64,000 nt of DNA from Hypanus sabinus (lineage: Eukaryota): positions 93,682,001-93,746,000 of the forward strand of contig NC_082714.1 of NCBI RefSeq assembly GCF_030144855.1. Reading direction: 5' to 3'. Each line of letters begins with the position of its first letter. Position 1 is the first letter of the stretch. This document shows, in pieces, positions 48,750 to 62,190 of the stretch. Below the pieces are notes generated by a model. The model was not told the DNA's origin and did no database searches. It worked only from the letters and a program-made list of their open reading frames with translations. Made by a program: the position numbers and the translations under genes.

Positions 48750-50300
48750 GATGGATGGGTTTCTTCTGCAGGAAGGGAGGGCTGGTCTGACAGGATAGTT
48801 CAACCAACGGAAGTTTAGCAGACAGGCCAAAATATGTGACAATGCGGAATGAGTTCAGTGAAAAGTGAGCAGCCGAAAGACAGTCAGGAGAGAGCCCGGG
48901 AAATCCAGAGAATTTCCAGGACAGCTTACAATTAGAGTCACAACACGGCCATTTGGAAATAAGAAGAGCGGTGCCTTCACCTAGGAAAGACCTCTGAAAT
49001 CAATATTTTCTTGTTCCATGAGTGGATGGGTTGGTTGATTGGCACCCGTCTGTCAAGAAGGATAATGGGTAATGACAATCATCATCAGAAGCCTCGGCGG
49101 AAGGTATGGAGATCCTGAGTTCCCAGTCGTCAAGATCACGCTTTCACCTTTCCAAAGTAAAGCTTATAAAACACCAAACACGAGGAAATCTGCAGATGCT
49201 GGAAATTCAAACAACACACACAAAATGCTGGTGGAACATAGCAGGCCACCAGCATTTTGTGTGCGCTTATGAAACAACACGTTTTGCAACTGTTCGGCTC
49301 TAGGAGCTGCCGGAATTATGATCAATGACGTCCAGTCACTTCAAGTGCTCCACTCCGGAGTCCGTAAGTATACACTATTGATAAAGGGGTCTGTTGTCTT
49401 ACTCCCAGAAAGGGAATCGGGCGATATAGAGAAAGCGCAAGGAAGAAGGATTGTTTTCGGTGCTCTTATTATTGTGATACAGAGTCGAGGGAACGAATTC
49501 TGCACTCCTGCTCTTCCATACATTTTACCAGTGAGATCAAATCGGGAGTCGGGGTATGGGTGTTTGTGTTGGGTTTGAGAGCTGCAAAGCAGTTTCTTAT
49601 TACAATCGGACATTTCCCTTCCCAATCAAACCCACCCCGACCATCAGATTAATCCAACCAGATAATCCAAAACAGATAGTGGTTCATAGAGTTTAACATC
49701 CAGGTGTCCTTTTGTGTGTATAGGTGAGGCTGTTGCAGCTGCGGACCTCGTCATCTCCCAGGTGGGAACAGGGGTGCCGAGACACCCTTTATATAGCTAC
49801 CGTCACGCAAATTGCTGATGTAATTTTTCTTCTTGATGAATCAGTGCAATTATTGCGGTCACTGGGTCCCGGGGAGGGGGAAGCGTTGGCGGATGGTGGT
49901 TGGATAAGGAAGAAGATAAGGACAGGTGACCATTGTGAAGTGTACTGTAGTTCTCTTTCATTGAGGAAGTACAATAGTTGGAAAACGCCGAATCACATCA
50001 CCTGATCCTGCATCTTCCTAATTTCATGTCATTAGTTGTAGTTCGTTGACTTTCATTCAACTACTACAAAAGCTTTAAAGGCTACTCAACTGTGACTGCT
50101 CACTTAAGCCTCTTGAGCCAAATTCGGCAATCTCCGGTCTCTCCACTGGTAAACCATACCGCCAGGCTACTCTTAGTCCTGCCTTGTTGGACCTGCAAAA
50201 GCTTCGCCCCTACTCGAATTATCGGTTTGCTTTTTCTCACTTTGAAAAATACGCTAAGCGCCTCGATTACCACGTGGGAAGGCGAACCGCTTACGCAAAG
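48750..50300 (-). mobile_element. Very degenerate retroviral-type pol remnant (RT, tether, RNase H start)
   Basis: Collinear weak motifs on the - strand: GDCRIW (~50130), VLPQ* (49961-49972), TQKD..MNHYLFWI (~49664-49710), CFAALK (~49573-49590), HPLMEQENIDF (~49000-49030). Confidence 0.35.
49217..49263. repeat. Perfect 18-bp inverted repeat (hairpin, 11-nt loop)
   Basis: cacacaaaatgctggtgg 49217-49234 / ccaccagcattttgtgtg 49246-49263; preceded by acacgaggaaatctgcagatgctggaaattcaa as at 9494-9526. Confidence 0.9.
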
Positions 50301-50709
50301 GCGAAAAAGCTGGCTGCCAAAACAAGGGAAAAAAATCCAAACAAGTTATGTAAGCAGCCGCATTCAAAATTTCTAATAGATCAACAGAATGCCAAAGGCC
50401 AAATCAACCAAACCCATTTCTCACTTTGACACTCTTCCAGACAGCGCTAAAAGTCGTTCCGAAGTCTGCTACCCCAGCACCAGCAGGGTGAACAGGATCT
50501 CAGCGTGCAGAGGTTCCGTTGTCTTAGACGTCAAAGAGCGAGAAAAATGAAAGGAGGAGATGTGGTGTTACTACTCAGAGAAAATAACACGGCAGTGCTC
50601 AGTCAGGAAAGAATGGAGAGCTCATCTAATGAGGGTATATGGGTAGAACCGAGCAATAAGAAAGGTCTAATCACTTTAATGGGTTTATATTATACACCAC
50701 CCAACAATC

Positions 50710-51500
50710 TGACGAGCAGCGTTCTGGTCCTGTTCAGACTGTGGACGTCGTATTTCAACCAATGTTGATGGTGGGGAAAAAATTCTGAATGACGTTGTGA
50801 GTACAGACTCGTCTACGACTGTTCTGAAGTCCGTGACAACAGTTCTGTATTCATTCAGATACTCAGATGTGTCATTGAACGCTGCCCAGTCCCCGATTAG
50901 AAGTTATCCCATAGCCCATCCACCGCTTTTTGACACAGTCTCTTTCTTGTTCTTAGCTTTGGAGTCTTCTGTTGAACCTCTGACTGTATACAGGAAGGAG
51001 AAGGGATCGATGGGCAAGTGATCAGATTTCCCAAAATGCAGTCTTGGCAGGAAGCAGTAGGTATTCCTTGTTTTACTATATCAATTATATCGTCTGTTGG
51101 GATGCCTGGCTTTACAGATGGTATGTTGATGAAAATTGGGCAGAGAGTTTTTCAAATAAGCCTGACTGAACAGACTGTGATTTGAAATCCGTCGGGTGAC
51201 GGTGTCCGTTTTGGTGATGGCGTCAGTTTTGGTGATGGCAGTCGTCAATATGTTGCGTGTCTGGTTGATGTCGGCCTTTACTGTATATAAACTGCGGCCA
51301 TGATCATGGAGGAGATCAATGCTGATAAGTGGATTGGTGGGTACTCAATCGTTAGATATTCCAGGCCAGGGGAAATAGAGACTAGAAAATCAGCATATCC
51401 GAGCACCACAAAGAATTTATCATGAAACACAGACCCCCACATTTTTTCTTCGCCAGTTCAGTACTCCTGTCTATCCGGAAGCCTTCAGGTTCCGGCGTGT
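50710..51500 (-). mobile_element. Rex1-like LINE endonuclease/linker fragment
   Basis: Reverse strand encodes HFGKSDHL (APE end motif of Rex1-type ORFs); ORF 51382-51747(-) includes GGLCFMINSLWC. Confidence 0.6.
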
Positions 51501-51509
51501 CCGGTGTGA

Positions 51510-54500
51510 GCCATGTGCAAGTGAAGCACAGAACAGAACAAATACTCATTTCCGTCGGAAACAGTAATCCGACACTCTCTGCCGAGTCCCACTGACCTGC
51601 ACCTGACTCAGAACCCTCCATACACTTCCTATCCATGTACCTGTCCAAGTTTTTCTTAAATGTTAAACGTGAGCCCGCATTTACCACTTCATCTGGCTGC
51701 TCATTCCACACTCCCACCACTCTCTGTGTGAAGAAATCCCCCCCCACTACCCCTAATGTTCCCTTTAAACGTTTCCCACTTCAGCCTTAAAACATGTCCT
51801 CTTTTTTTTTCTCCCCTATTTTCAGTGGAAAAAAACCCTGCTTGCATTCACTCTGTCTATACACATCATAATTTTATATACCTCTATCAAGTCTTCCCTC
51901 ATTCTTCTACGCTCCAGGGAATAAAGCCCTAACCTATTTCAACCTTTCCCGGTAACTCAGTTTCTCAAGTCCCGGCAACATCTTTGTAAACCTTCTCTGC
52001 ATTCTTTCAAGCTTATTAATATTCTTCATGTAATTCGTTGACCAGACCTGCACACAACCCTCCAAATTCGGCCTCACCAATGCCTTATACAACCTCACCA
52101 TAACATTCCAACTTTTATATTCAGTACTTTGATTCATAAAGGCCAATGTACCAAAAGCTCCCATTACGACCCTATCTACCTGGGACGCCACTTTTAGGAA
52201 ATGTTGTATCTGCATTCCTCGATCCCTCTGTTCTACTGCATTCCTCAGTGCCCTACCATCTACCTTATATGTTGTACCTTAGTTTTTCCTCCAAAGTGCA
52301 ATACCTCACACTGTATTAAACTCAATCTGCTATTCACAGCCCATTTTTTCCAGCTTGTCCAGATCCCTCCGCAAGCTTTGAAAACCTTCCTCACTGTCCA
52401 CTACACCTCCAATCTTTGTATCATCAGCAAATTTGTTGATCCAACTTACCACATTATCTTCCAGATCATTGATATAAATGGCAAATAGCAATGGTCCCAG
52501 CATTGATTCCTGTGGTACATCACCAGTCACAGGCCTTCACTCAGAGAAGCAATCCTCCACTACCATTCTCTGGCTTCTCCCATTGAGCCAATATCTAAAC
52601 CAACTTACTACCTCAGTATGTATACCCAGCGACTGAATCTTCCTAACTAACCTCCCATGCGGTACCTTGTCAAAGGCCTTACTGAAGTCCATGTAGAAAA
52701 CAACTACTGCCTTCCCTTCATCCACTTTCCTTGTAACCTCCTCGAAAAACTCTAATAGATATGTTGAACATGACCTATCACGCACAAATCTGTGTTGACT
52801 CTCCCGAATAGTCCCTGTCTATATAATACTTGCAGATCCAATCTCTTAGTACTCCGTCCAATAATTTACCTACAATGGACGTCAAAGTTACCGGTCTATA
52901 ATTTCCCGGATTACTTTTAGAACCTTTATTAAATAACGGAACAACATAAGCTTTCCTCCAATCCTCCTGCATCTTACCCATAGACAACGACATTTTAAAT
53001 ATGTCTGCCAGGGCCCCTACTATTTCAAATCTCGTCTCCTTCAAGGGCCGAGGGAATACCCAGTCAGGTCCTGGGGATTTATTTAATCTGCTTTTCCTCA
53101 AGATAGCAAGCACCTTCTCCTCCTCAATCTGTATAGGTTCCATGACCTCACTACTTGTTTACCTTATTTCTATTGACTCCATGCCAGTTTCTTTAGTAAA
53201 TACAGACGCAAGAAAACCCATTTAAGTTCTCCCCCAGGTATTTTGGTTCCATACGGAGCCGACCACTCTGATGTTCAAGAGGACCAATTTTATCCCTTAC
53301 TATCCTTTTGCTCTTAATCTACTTGTAGAAGCTCTTTGGGCTAACCTTCGCGTTGGCTACCAAAGCTACCTCATGTCATCTTTTAGCCCTCATGATTTCC
53401 TTCTTAAGAATTTTTTTGCACTTTTTGTACTCCTCAAGTACCTTATTTGCTCCCTGTTTCCTGTACGTGTCACACATCTCTCTCTTCTTCTTTAACAGAT
53501 GTCCAATATCCCTAGAGAAACAATGTCCCATATCCTTATTCACTTTGCCTGTAATCTCTGCAGTAAGATACAAACTCTGCACTCTTGCACGACATCCTTG
53601 CCAGAGAACAACCTGTCCCAAACCACGCTTTGTAGATCGTTTCTCATTTCTTCAAATTTAGCCTTTTTCCAGTTTAGAAACTCAACCTGATGACCAGACC
53701 TATCTGTATCCATGATCAAGTTGAAACTAATGGTGTTATGATCACTGGAACCAAAGTGTTCCCCTACACACACTATCGTCACCTGTCCTAACTCGTTTCC
53801 TAATAGGGGATCTAATATTGCTTCCTCTCTAGTTGATACCTCTACAAATTGATTTAGAAAACTTTCCTGAAGACATTTTACAATCTCTAACCCGTCTAGT
53901 CCTTTAACAGTATGGGAATCCCTATCAATACGTGGAAAATTAAAATGCCCTACTATCACAACTTTATGTTTTCTGCAGTTGTCTGCTATCTCTCTGCAGA
54001 TTTGTTCCTCCAATTCTCGCTGACTATTGGGTGGTCTAAAATACAACCCCATTAATGTGGTCATACCTTTCCTGTTTCTCAGTTCCGCCCATATGGCCTC
54101 GGTAGACAAGCTCTCTAATCTGTCCTGCCTGAGCATTGCTGTTACATTTTTCCCGACTAGCAATGCTACCCACCCACCCTTTATCCCTCTGCCTCTATCA
54201 CGTCTGAAACATCGGAAACCTGGATCATTAAGCTGCCAGTCCTGCCCCTCCTGCAGTCAAGGTTCACTAATGGCTACAATGTCATAATTTCACGTGTCAA
54301 TCTACGCCTTCCGCTCGTCAGCCTTCTTCAAAATACTCCTCTTAAGATAATCACCACCACACACAACCCTTCTATTTGTGACTTCGCATGAAATTTCAAC
54401 ATCATTTATTTTCATCCCTGCACTCTGGTTCCCATTCCGGTGCAAATCAAGTTTAACCCCTTCCCCCAATAGCACTAACAAACCTCCCTCAAGTGTATTG

Positions 54501-54990
54501 TTTCCCCTGTAGTTCAGGTGTAACCCGTCTCTCTTGTACAGGTCCCACCTGCCCCAGAAGAGGTCCCAATGATCCTGAAATCTGAAACCCTGTTCCCTAC
54601 ACCAGTTCCTCAGTCACGTGTTCATCCTCCAGAGCATCCGATTCTTACCCTCACTGGGACCTGGCACAGGTAGGAATCCTGAGATTACCACCCTCGAGAT
54701 CATGCTTTTTCACTTCCTACCAAGCTGTCTAAACTCAATCTTCAGGACCTCCTCATTCTATCTTCCTACGTCATTGGTATCGATGAGTACCATGACATCT
54801 GGCTGCCCACCCTCCCATTTCAGAATGATGTGCACGTCATTAGAGAAATACTTGACCCTGGCACCCAGGAGGCAACAAACCATGCGGGACTCTCTGTCGC
54901 GACCACAGAACCTCCTGGCTGTACCTCTAACTATCGAGTCTCCCATCATCACCGCTCTCCTCTTCTTCTCCCCTCCATTCTGCACTGCAG
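51510..54990 (-). mobile_element. CR1 LINE (ORF1 esterase end, APE, RT, 3' end), degenerate
   Basis: Collinear ORFs 54758-55147 (GDSIVRG..DTNDVG), 53540-54163 (APE), 52537-52785, 52330-52530 (YINDLED..KFADDTK) and 51934-52215. Confidence 0.92.
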
Positions 54991-55299
54991 AACCAGACTC
55001 AGTACCAGAGATCCGGCTTCTGCAACTTGCCCGTCTGAATATCGACTCCGCCTGTTTCCCGATTCTTTCTTTTGGTTTTCTCTGGATGTTTTGATCTTTG
55101 CCTGACCTTAACGCCGACTTTGTTTGCACCTCGGATTTGTTGCTCAATTAATATTACAGTGTGCACAGTACTGGGTCTGCGACTGGTCCCTGCTCCAGCG
55201 TCCTGATAGTACGTTAAACTCTATAACTGTAATGTGAGTATTGTAGATAATTGGAAAATTTCTTGAAAAAAATCATAACCTTCATTGAAAAGCACCAGA

Positions 55300-55830
55300 A
55301 ATACACTCACGGAAAGGGTGTATTGCACATTTGCAATAAACATTTAAACATTGTTGTTACTGCATGACGAATAGTACTGGGTATAAAACCTTCAGACTGC
55401 CCATTGAAAAGGTGAACAGTAATAATGTAGTGGCGATAGGAGACAGCCGTACACCGGGACGCATTCTGTAAACCATTTTTAACAACGAGAAAATGGTGAG
55501 GTGCTCTTTCTTGCAACGCCATAAGACAGGAAGTACCGCAGGATAGGACAAGGACTGTTCGGATGGGGAACAACTTCTTCTCCCAGGACTTGAGACTGCT
55601 GAACACCCTGCGACTACCCAGGTCTCATCACCTCTGTAGTCTCAATAGCATTACACAGCTTTCTTCCGACCTGTGTCATAAATGCACTATTTGATGAATG
55701 TTAATTTTCTGGATTATATGTCATTAAGTATTAAGTTATTTGTGGTAATATTATTTTCTGTGTTGTTTGTGAATCATATGCACCTTGTTGTGCACCTTGG
55801 TCCGGTGGAACTATAGTTCGTTTAATTGAA
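55300..55830 (+). mobile_element. Rex1-like LINE 3' end
   Basis: Matches the Rex1 C-terminus pattern (PS.RRYR..RTRTVR.GNNFF..ALRLLN). Confidence 0.65.
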
Positions 55831-56119
55831 TACCTAGGAATCTGAACTTCAAGACGGAAGTGAAAGTAAATATATTTAGCCCAATGAAGGTTATAAAATG
55901 GAGTAATCAGTTTTCAAGATTACCTCAGATGGCGCTGATAAATAGCGTGTCTTTGCAGCATCTCCGATGGGAATGGTCAAAAATATTGGTCCTCTTAGGA
56001 TTCAAATGCAATCCGTCCCTTTTGAACAGGTCTCACCTTCACTGAAGAAGTCCCAATTATCCAGAAATCTAAGTCCCTGCACGACCTGCTCCTATTATTT
56101 AGCCACACATTTATCTGCC

Positions 56120-58900
56120 TCCACTTTAGTTTATTCCTATCCTCACTCTTGCGTGGCACAGACAGGGATAACGGGATTACTACCTTTGAGGGCCTGCTTC
56201 TCAGGTTCCTTTCTAACTCCCTGTATTCTGTTTACAGGACCTTCTCCATTTTTGTCCAGTATTATTGGTACCAATACAGAAATATAGAACACCTACAGCA
56301 CTGTACATGCCCTTCGGCCCACGATGCTGTGCAGATCATGTACTTATATTAGAAATTTCTCGGGTTACCCATAGGCCTCTATTTTTCTAATCTCTGTGTA
56401 CCCATCTAGGAGTCTCTTAAAAGACCCTATTGTATTCGCCTCCACCACAGTCGCCGGCAGCTTATTCCATGCCTTCACCACCCTCTCTGTAAAAAAAAAA
56501 ACTTGCTTTGTCATCTCCTCTGCACCTACATCCAAACACCTTAAAACTGTGCTCTCTTGTGTTAGCTATTTGGGCACTGGGAAAAAGCCTCAGAATATCC
56601 ACACGATCAATGCCTATCATTATCTTATACACCTCCATAAGGCCCCTCTCATCCTCCGTCGGTCCGAGGAGAAAGGCCAAGTTCGCACAACCAATTCTCA
56701 TAGGGCATGATCCCCAATCCAAGTAACATCCTGACATGACCCCTCTGCACCCTTTCTATAGTTTCCTCATACTTTCTGTAAAGAGGTGGCCAGAACTGAC
56801 TACAGTACTCAAAGTAGTGTTTGACCAGGGCTGTATAAAGCTGTAGCAGTACCTCACGACTCTTAACCTCAATTCCACGGTTGAAAGTAAATGCACCGTA
56901 TTCCTTCCTGACCACGCAGTCAACATGCACAACAGCCTTAGGTGTCCTATGGACTCGGACCCAACGACCTCCCTAATCCTCCACATTGCCAAGAGTTTTA
57001 CAATTAATGCTCTATTCTGCCATCATATTTGACCTACCAAAATGAACCATCTCACACTATCTGGGTTGAACTCCATCTGTCACTTCTCAGCGCAGTTTTG
57101 CGAGCTATTGATGTACCGCTGTAACCCCGAACAGCCCCTCCACACTATCCACAACACTCCCAAAATTTTTATCATCAACAAATATACTAACCCATTCTAT
57201 ACACTTCCTCATCCACGTCATCTATAAAGGTCATGAAAAGAAGCTGTCCACGATCAGATCCTTGAGTCACACCACTGCTTTCCATGCAGAGTGTGACCCA
57301 TCTAGAATCACTCTTTGCCTTCTGTGGGCAAGCCACTTCTGGATCCACAATGCGACGTTCTCTTGGATCCCATGCCTCCTTTATTTCTTAATAAGCCCTG
57401 CATGAGGTATCTTATTCAATGCCTTGCTGAAATCCATATACACTGCATCTACTGCTCCAGCTTCATCAATGTGTTCAGTTACATCCTCAAAAAATTCAAT
57501 TAGGCTCGTAAGGCGCGACCTGCCTTTGACAAAGCAATGCTGACTATTCCCAATCATATTATTTCCTGGTTATCTCTAGTACTTTTTTTTTGAATAAGGG
57601 AACAACATCCACAACCCTCAAGTCCTCTGGAACCTCTCCAGTTCCCATTGATGAGGGAAAGATCATTGCCAGAGTTTCAGAAATCTCTTCCCTTGCCTCC
57701 CACATGAGGTAAATCTCGCCTGGTCCCGGTGACCTATCCAAAGATGCTTTCTAAAAAGGTCCAACAAATCCTATTTCTTAGTCTATATATACTCAGGTTT
57801 TTCAGCCGGCTGCACGTCATCCTGCAATTTCCAAGATTCTTTTCTGCAAAGAAAGTATTCACTAAGTACCTCCGCCAGCTCCTCCGGATCCATAAACACT
57901 TTCCCTCTGTCACCCCTGATTGGTCCTATTCTCTCACGTCTTATCCTCTTGTCCCTAACAGTATTGTGGAATGCCTTGGAGTTTCTTTAATCCTGCTCAC
58001 CAAGGCCTTCTCATAGCCCCTTCTGGCTCTCCTAATTTCATTCTTCAGCTCCTTCCTGTTAGCCTTACAATCTTCTAGATCTCTATCATCCTCTAGTTTT
58101 TTTTTAACCTTTCATAGTATGTACCAGTACTTCTGGCTGCTCTCCCTCCCTTTTCAGGAGATTTACAGATATATCCGGAATTATCTTGGACCCTGGCACC
58201 TGCGAGGTAAACTGCCATCCATGTTTCATTTTCGCGTCGCAGTATCGGCTATCTGTCCTCCTGACCATGGAGTTCCGTATTGCTGTTTCGATCCTCTTCA
58301 GTTCCTTACCCTTCTGCGAAACAGGGCCAGGCACAGTGCTAGAGGCACGGCCGCTGTTCTTTCTCCCAGGTACGTCGTTACCCCCTCAACCGCACTCAAA
58401 GTGGAGTATGTATTGTCTCGATGGGCGGCCACATGCGTGCTTACCACTATCTGACATTCTCCCTTCCCTCTTGTGATAATAACACATTTATCTTTCTCCT
58501 GTAGCCTTGGCGTAACTACCTCCCCGTGGTTTCAGCCTGTCACTGTTCCACTTTCGCTACAAGCAGAAGGCCATCAAGCTGCAGCTCCAGTTCCATAACA
58601 CGGTCCCTGTGGAGATATATCTCGATGCACCTGGCGCAAGCGGAACCATCAGGGATACTGGGAGTGTGCTGGAAATTTGTAACATATTCCAGTTTAATAA
58701 CAAATTGTTTTTTATTCCAACCACCATCCCACGTTGTACTGAATCCTCAGGCATTCACCTATTCCACTGCCCTTTTGCAGGCAGTTTACGTTTTCCTCAA
58801 AACTTGCTAACCTACTTTTCTCAGGTGCTATGAGGTGAGTGGAGCAGTCAGCACAAGTACTGCTTCTGAGGGGCCGAAGGCCCTCTGAAATTTTGCTGTC
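56120..58900 (-). mobile_element. CR1 LINE with internal deletions (5' UTR/ORF1 at 58100-58900, RT and 3' end at 56270-57750)
   Basis: ORFs 58104-58334, 57559-57741, 56649-56930 and 56462-56737 resemble CR1 ORF1/ORF2 segments. Confidence 0.85.
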
Positions 58901-60174
58901 AGCGACATCTTCCCCTGTAGCCATGTCTGGCTGCAATACTTACCAGTCTGGGGAGGAAATACATATTGTTAGTCATATGGAACGTGCTGAGGAGGCAGTC
59001 TGTGGTTGAGCTCTGTGGGTTACGCTAGCCGCTCACCATGCCATCCTCTCGGCAAACCTGCGTACGTGAATGTGGTGGCAGTGCAGAGAACAAACGGTTA
59101 ATGCGGCTCAAAATTTCCCCGGCTCCTCGCACCGTGAATCCTTGAAGATCTGCCCCCTGCAGACCAGGAAACGCTACGATATGAGATCCACTAATTTATG
59201 CCCAAGTTGCCGCAGATAGAAAATTGTCTGCTTAGTGCTGTAGTGCTGACTGGATTGTGCTCAATCATATCCCTGGAGCAGGTCGATGAGAGTTTTGTTA
59301 GAAAATTATTTCAAAACATTCCAAGTTCCACAGTGCAGCACTCCTTACTCTCTGCAACAATGTTGTACCCTTCACAGGACCTCTTCACCCATAGCGTTGC
59401 CTCCTCCAATACAACTTAATACTATTAGTTCAAGGCTAGGAATTAAACTCCCAGAAATGAACGAACTAACACCCGTCAAACTGAAGACTGGTCTGTAGGG
59501 CGTGTCGGACATAGTACAACGGAATATGCTCAGGATTAAGAATTATTTATGGTGATAGATTTCTGTCTTTTGTGTTTTTTTTTGTTATTCACAACTAAAG
59601 TGGTTCCCAGGAATATCGGGTGCATGTATGTGATTATATGCAAACATGCTTTGGAGTCAGACAGCACATAACAGCTCACAACGTATATGCTGATCATACA
59701 AAACCCGTCCACTGTTGTTCTGTTTTTAAGCAATCGACCTTTAGCCTTCCCTGCCTTACAGATTGTAGTTCTTGTCTTGATCTACGTTGTTTTACGCATT
59801 GATGTCAGTGTGTGACGTAATTCCCTGTATACAGGATATTAAGAAAAGATACCCTTTTCCTTAGGCTTACTTTGGGAACTTGGCGATTGGTTGATAGGTG
59901 GGGCCACTCGCCAGTAAACATCTTGGAGACCTGTGTTCATATACAGAACCTGTGCAAGATGATTACTGCGGGTGTTGGATGTCTCACCTCATTTGTCTTG
60001 CTCAGCTCCAGAAGTTACCTGCAGGATTCAGAGCAGAGATGGGTCAGCACAAAGAACCAGAGCATGAAGTGTCAAACGGTAAAACAGGTGCACCCACACA
60101 CAAAACAGTATATCCGACAAAGGACATGAGGCAGGATCAGGACATGGTATTAATCACCATTGGATCTCGGGAAA

Positions 60175-60420
60175 TAGTGAGAGGAGAGGTAGAGTGAGAG
60201 GAAAGAAAGGGAGAAAAAGGTAGGAGAAATGGGTGAGAGAGGGAATGGGAAATAGACAATGGGGGCCACAGAATGGATGGGTGCATTGAGAGGGAGAGCG
60301 TGAGACAGAGAGAGAGGTAATGGCATACTGCAGACGTACAGCAGACGGGAAATGACAGCCACATATATAGAGTAAGATAGAGAAACAGACTGAAACAGAG
60401 GGGAACAGAGGGATAGCGAT
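60175..60420. repeat. Purine-rich (GA) low-complexity tract
   Basis: gagaggagaggtagagtgagaggaaagaaagggag.. composition; yields spurious S/L-rich antisense ORFs. Confidence 0.7.
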
Positions 60421-60699
60421 GGATACACCATAAGTTTTCAATCACAGACGTAGTAGAGAGGGGATCACTGGAGACTGCAGACGATGTCGTTGATCTCCAG
60501 AATGGTGTTGCCTATTTTAGAGGAACATATATCTGAAATGAGGAGAACACCAGAAGGCCGAGTATATTTGGAGGGCTGATATGAAAAAATTAAGACATAG
60601 ATGTCTGTATTGCTGTTGTAATTAAATTTATTCTCTGTTCGGGAAATATAGCGAAACCAAGCAAATGGGTGAGTACAGGCCTATAGCTATCAAACACTC

Positions 60700-60870
60700 A
60701 TCATTCTCCTGGATTTAGCTATTAGCCTCTCGAAGCGAATCAATAGACTAAGATCGAGGCCTCTACACCTCCTTGTGCAACTGGATCCTGGATTTCCTTC
60801 CTTTTCCGGTCAGTACGGGTTGACAGCAACATCTCTTCCACAATCACTAGCAGCACGAAAATGTTTCTTG
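60700..60870 (+). mobile_element. Rex1-like RT fragment
   Basis: ctccttgtgcaactggatcctggatttcctt..tctcttccacaatcactagcagc matches Rex1 [13 protein letters not shown]. Confidence 0.55.
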
Positions 60871-60939
60871 ATCCTAAACTGATTATTATTTTCCTAAAAT
60901 AAGCCATAAGATCATGACTAATCATTGACTAATCTGTTG

Positions 60940-62190
60940 GAGTTTTTGAGGGTGTAACAAGGATGTTAGACGAGGGTAAGCCAGTGGATGTAGTGTACCT
61001 AGATTTTCAGAAGGAATTCAATAAGGTGCCACATAGGAGATTGGTGAGTAAAATCAGAGCTCATGGCATTGGGGGCAGGGTTTCAACATGGATAGAAAAC
61101 TGGTTGGCAGATAGAAAGCAAAGGGTAGCAGTGAATGGGTGTTTCTCGGACTTGCTGGAGGTGACTAGTGGGGTACCACAGGGCTCTGTATTGGGACCAC
61201 AGCTCTTTATGATTTATGTCAACGATTTAGATGAGGGCATTGAAAACTATATCAGCAAGTGTGCTGACGATACTCAACTGGGTGGCAGTGTGACATGCGA
61301 AGAGGACGTTAGGAGAATGCAGGGAGACTTGGATAGGCTGGGTGACTGGGCAGATACTTGGCAGATGTCATTCAATGTGAATAAATGTGAAGTTATCCAC
61401 TTTGGAAGCAGGAACAAGAGGGCAGAGTATTGTTTGAACGGTGTAGAGTTAGGTAAGGGAGAAATGCAAAGAGACCGAGGAGTCCTAGTTCATCGGTCAA
61501 TGAAGGTGAATGAGCAAGTGCAACAGGCAGTGAAGAGGGCAAGTGGAATGTTGGCCTTTATTACAAGGGGAATTGAGTACAAGAGCAAGGATGTCCTTTT
61601 GCATTTGTACAGGGCCCTGGTGAGACCAACCTGGAATATTGTGTACAGTTTTGGTCTCCAGGTTTAAGGAAGGACATTCTGGCAATTGAGGAAGTGCAGC
61701 GTAGATTCACTAGGTTGATTCCTGGGATGGCAGGGCTGTCTTACGCAGAGAGATTGGAGAGATTGGGCTTGTACACGCTGGAATTGAGGAGATTGAGAGG
61801 GGATCTGGTTGAAACGTTTAAGATAATTAAAGGATTTGATAGGATTGAGGCAGGAAATATGTTCCAGATGTTGGGAGAGTCCAGTACCAGAGGGCATGGA
61901 TTGAGAATAAGAGGTCAGTTATTTAAAACAGAGTGGTGGAAAATCTTCTTCTTCCAGAGAGTTGTGGAGGTGTGGAATGCACTGCCTCGGAAGACGGTTG
62001 AGGCCAATTCTCTGGATGCTTTCAAGAAGCAGCTAGATAGATATCTGATGGATAGGGGAATCAAGGGATATGGGGACAAGGCAGGGACTGGGTATTGATA
62101 GTGAATGATCAGCCATGATCTCAGAATGGCGGTGCAGACTCGAGAGGCCGAATGGTCTACTTCTGCACCTATTGTCTATTGTCTATAAGA
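60940..62190 (+). mobile_element. 5'-truncated, comparatively young CR1 LINE (RT C-half + 3' end)
   Basis: 234-aa ORF 60963-61667 (VYLDFQK..GVPQGSVLGPQLFMIYVNDLD..KCADDT) plus ORF 61694-62098 after one frameshift; (ctattgt)n tail ~62170-62186. Confidence 0.92.

Noticed and set aside
59372-59491. C1-like start on the - strand (PVFSL..VLSCIGGG..VL* with the stop 13 codons after Cys)
   Set aside because: No convincing downstream E/F-strand motifs or splice sites; too weak to call a fourth paralog.
60137-60445. Three overlapping S/L/P-rich ORFs
   Set aside because: Antisense translation of a GA-rich low-complexity tract.
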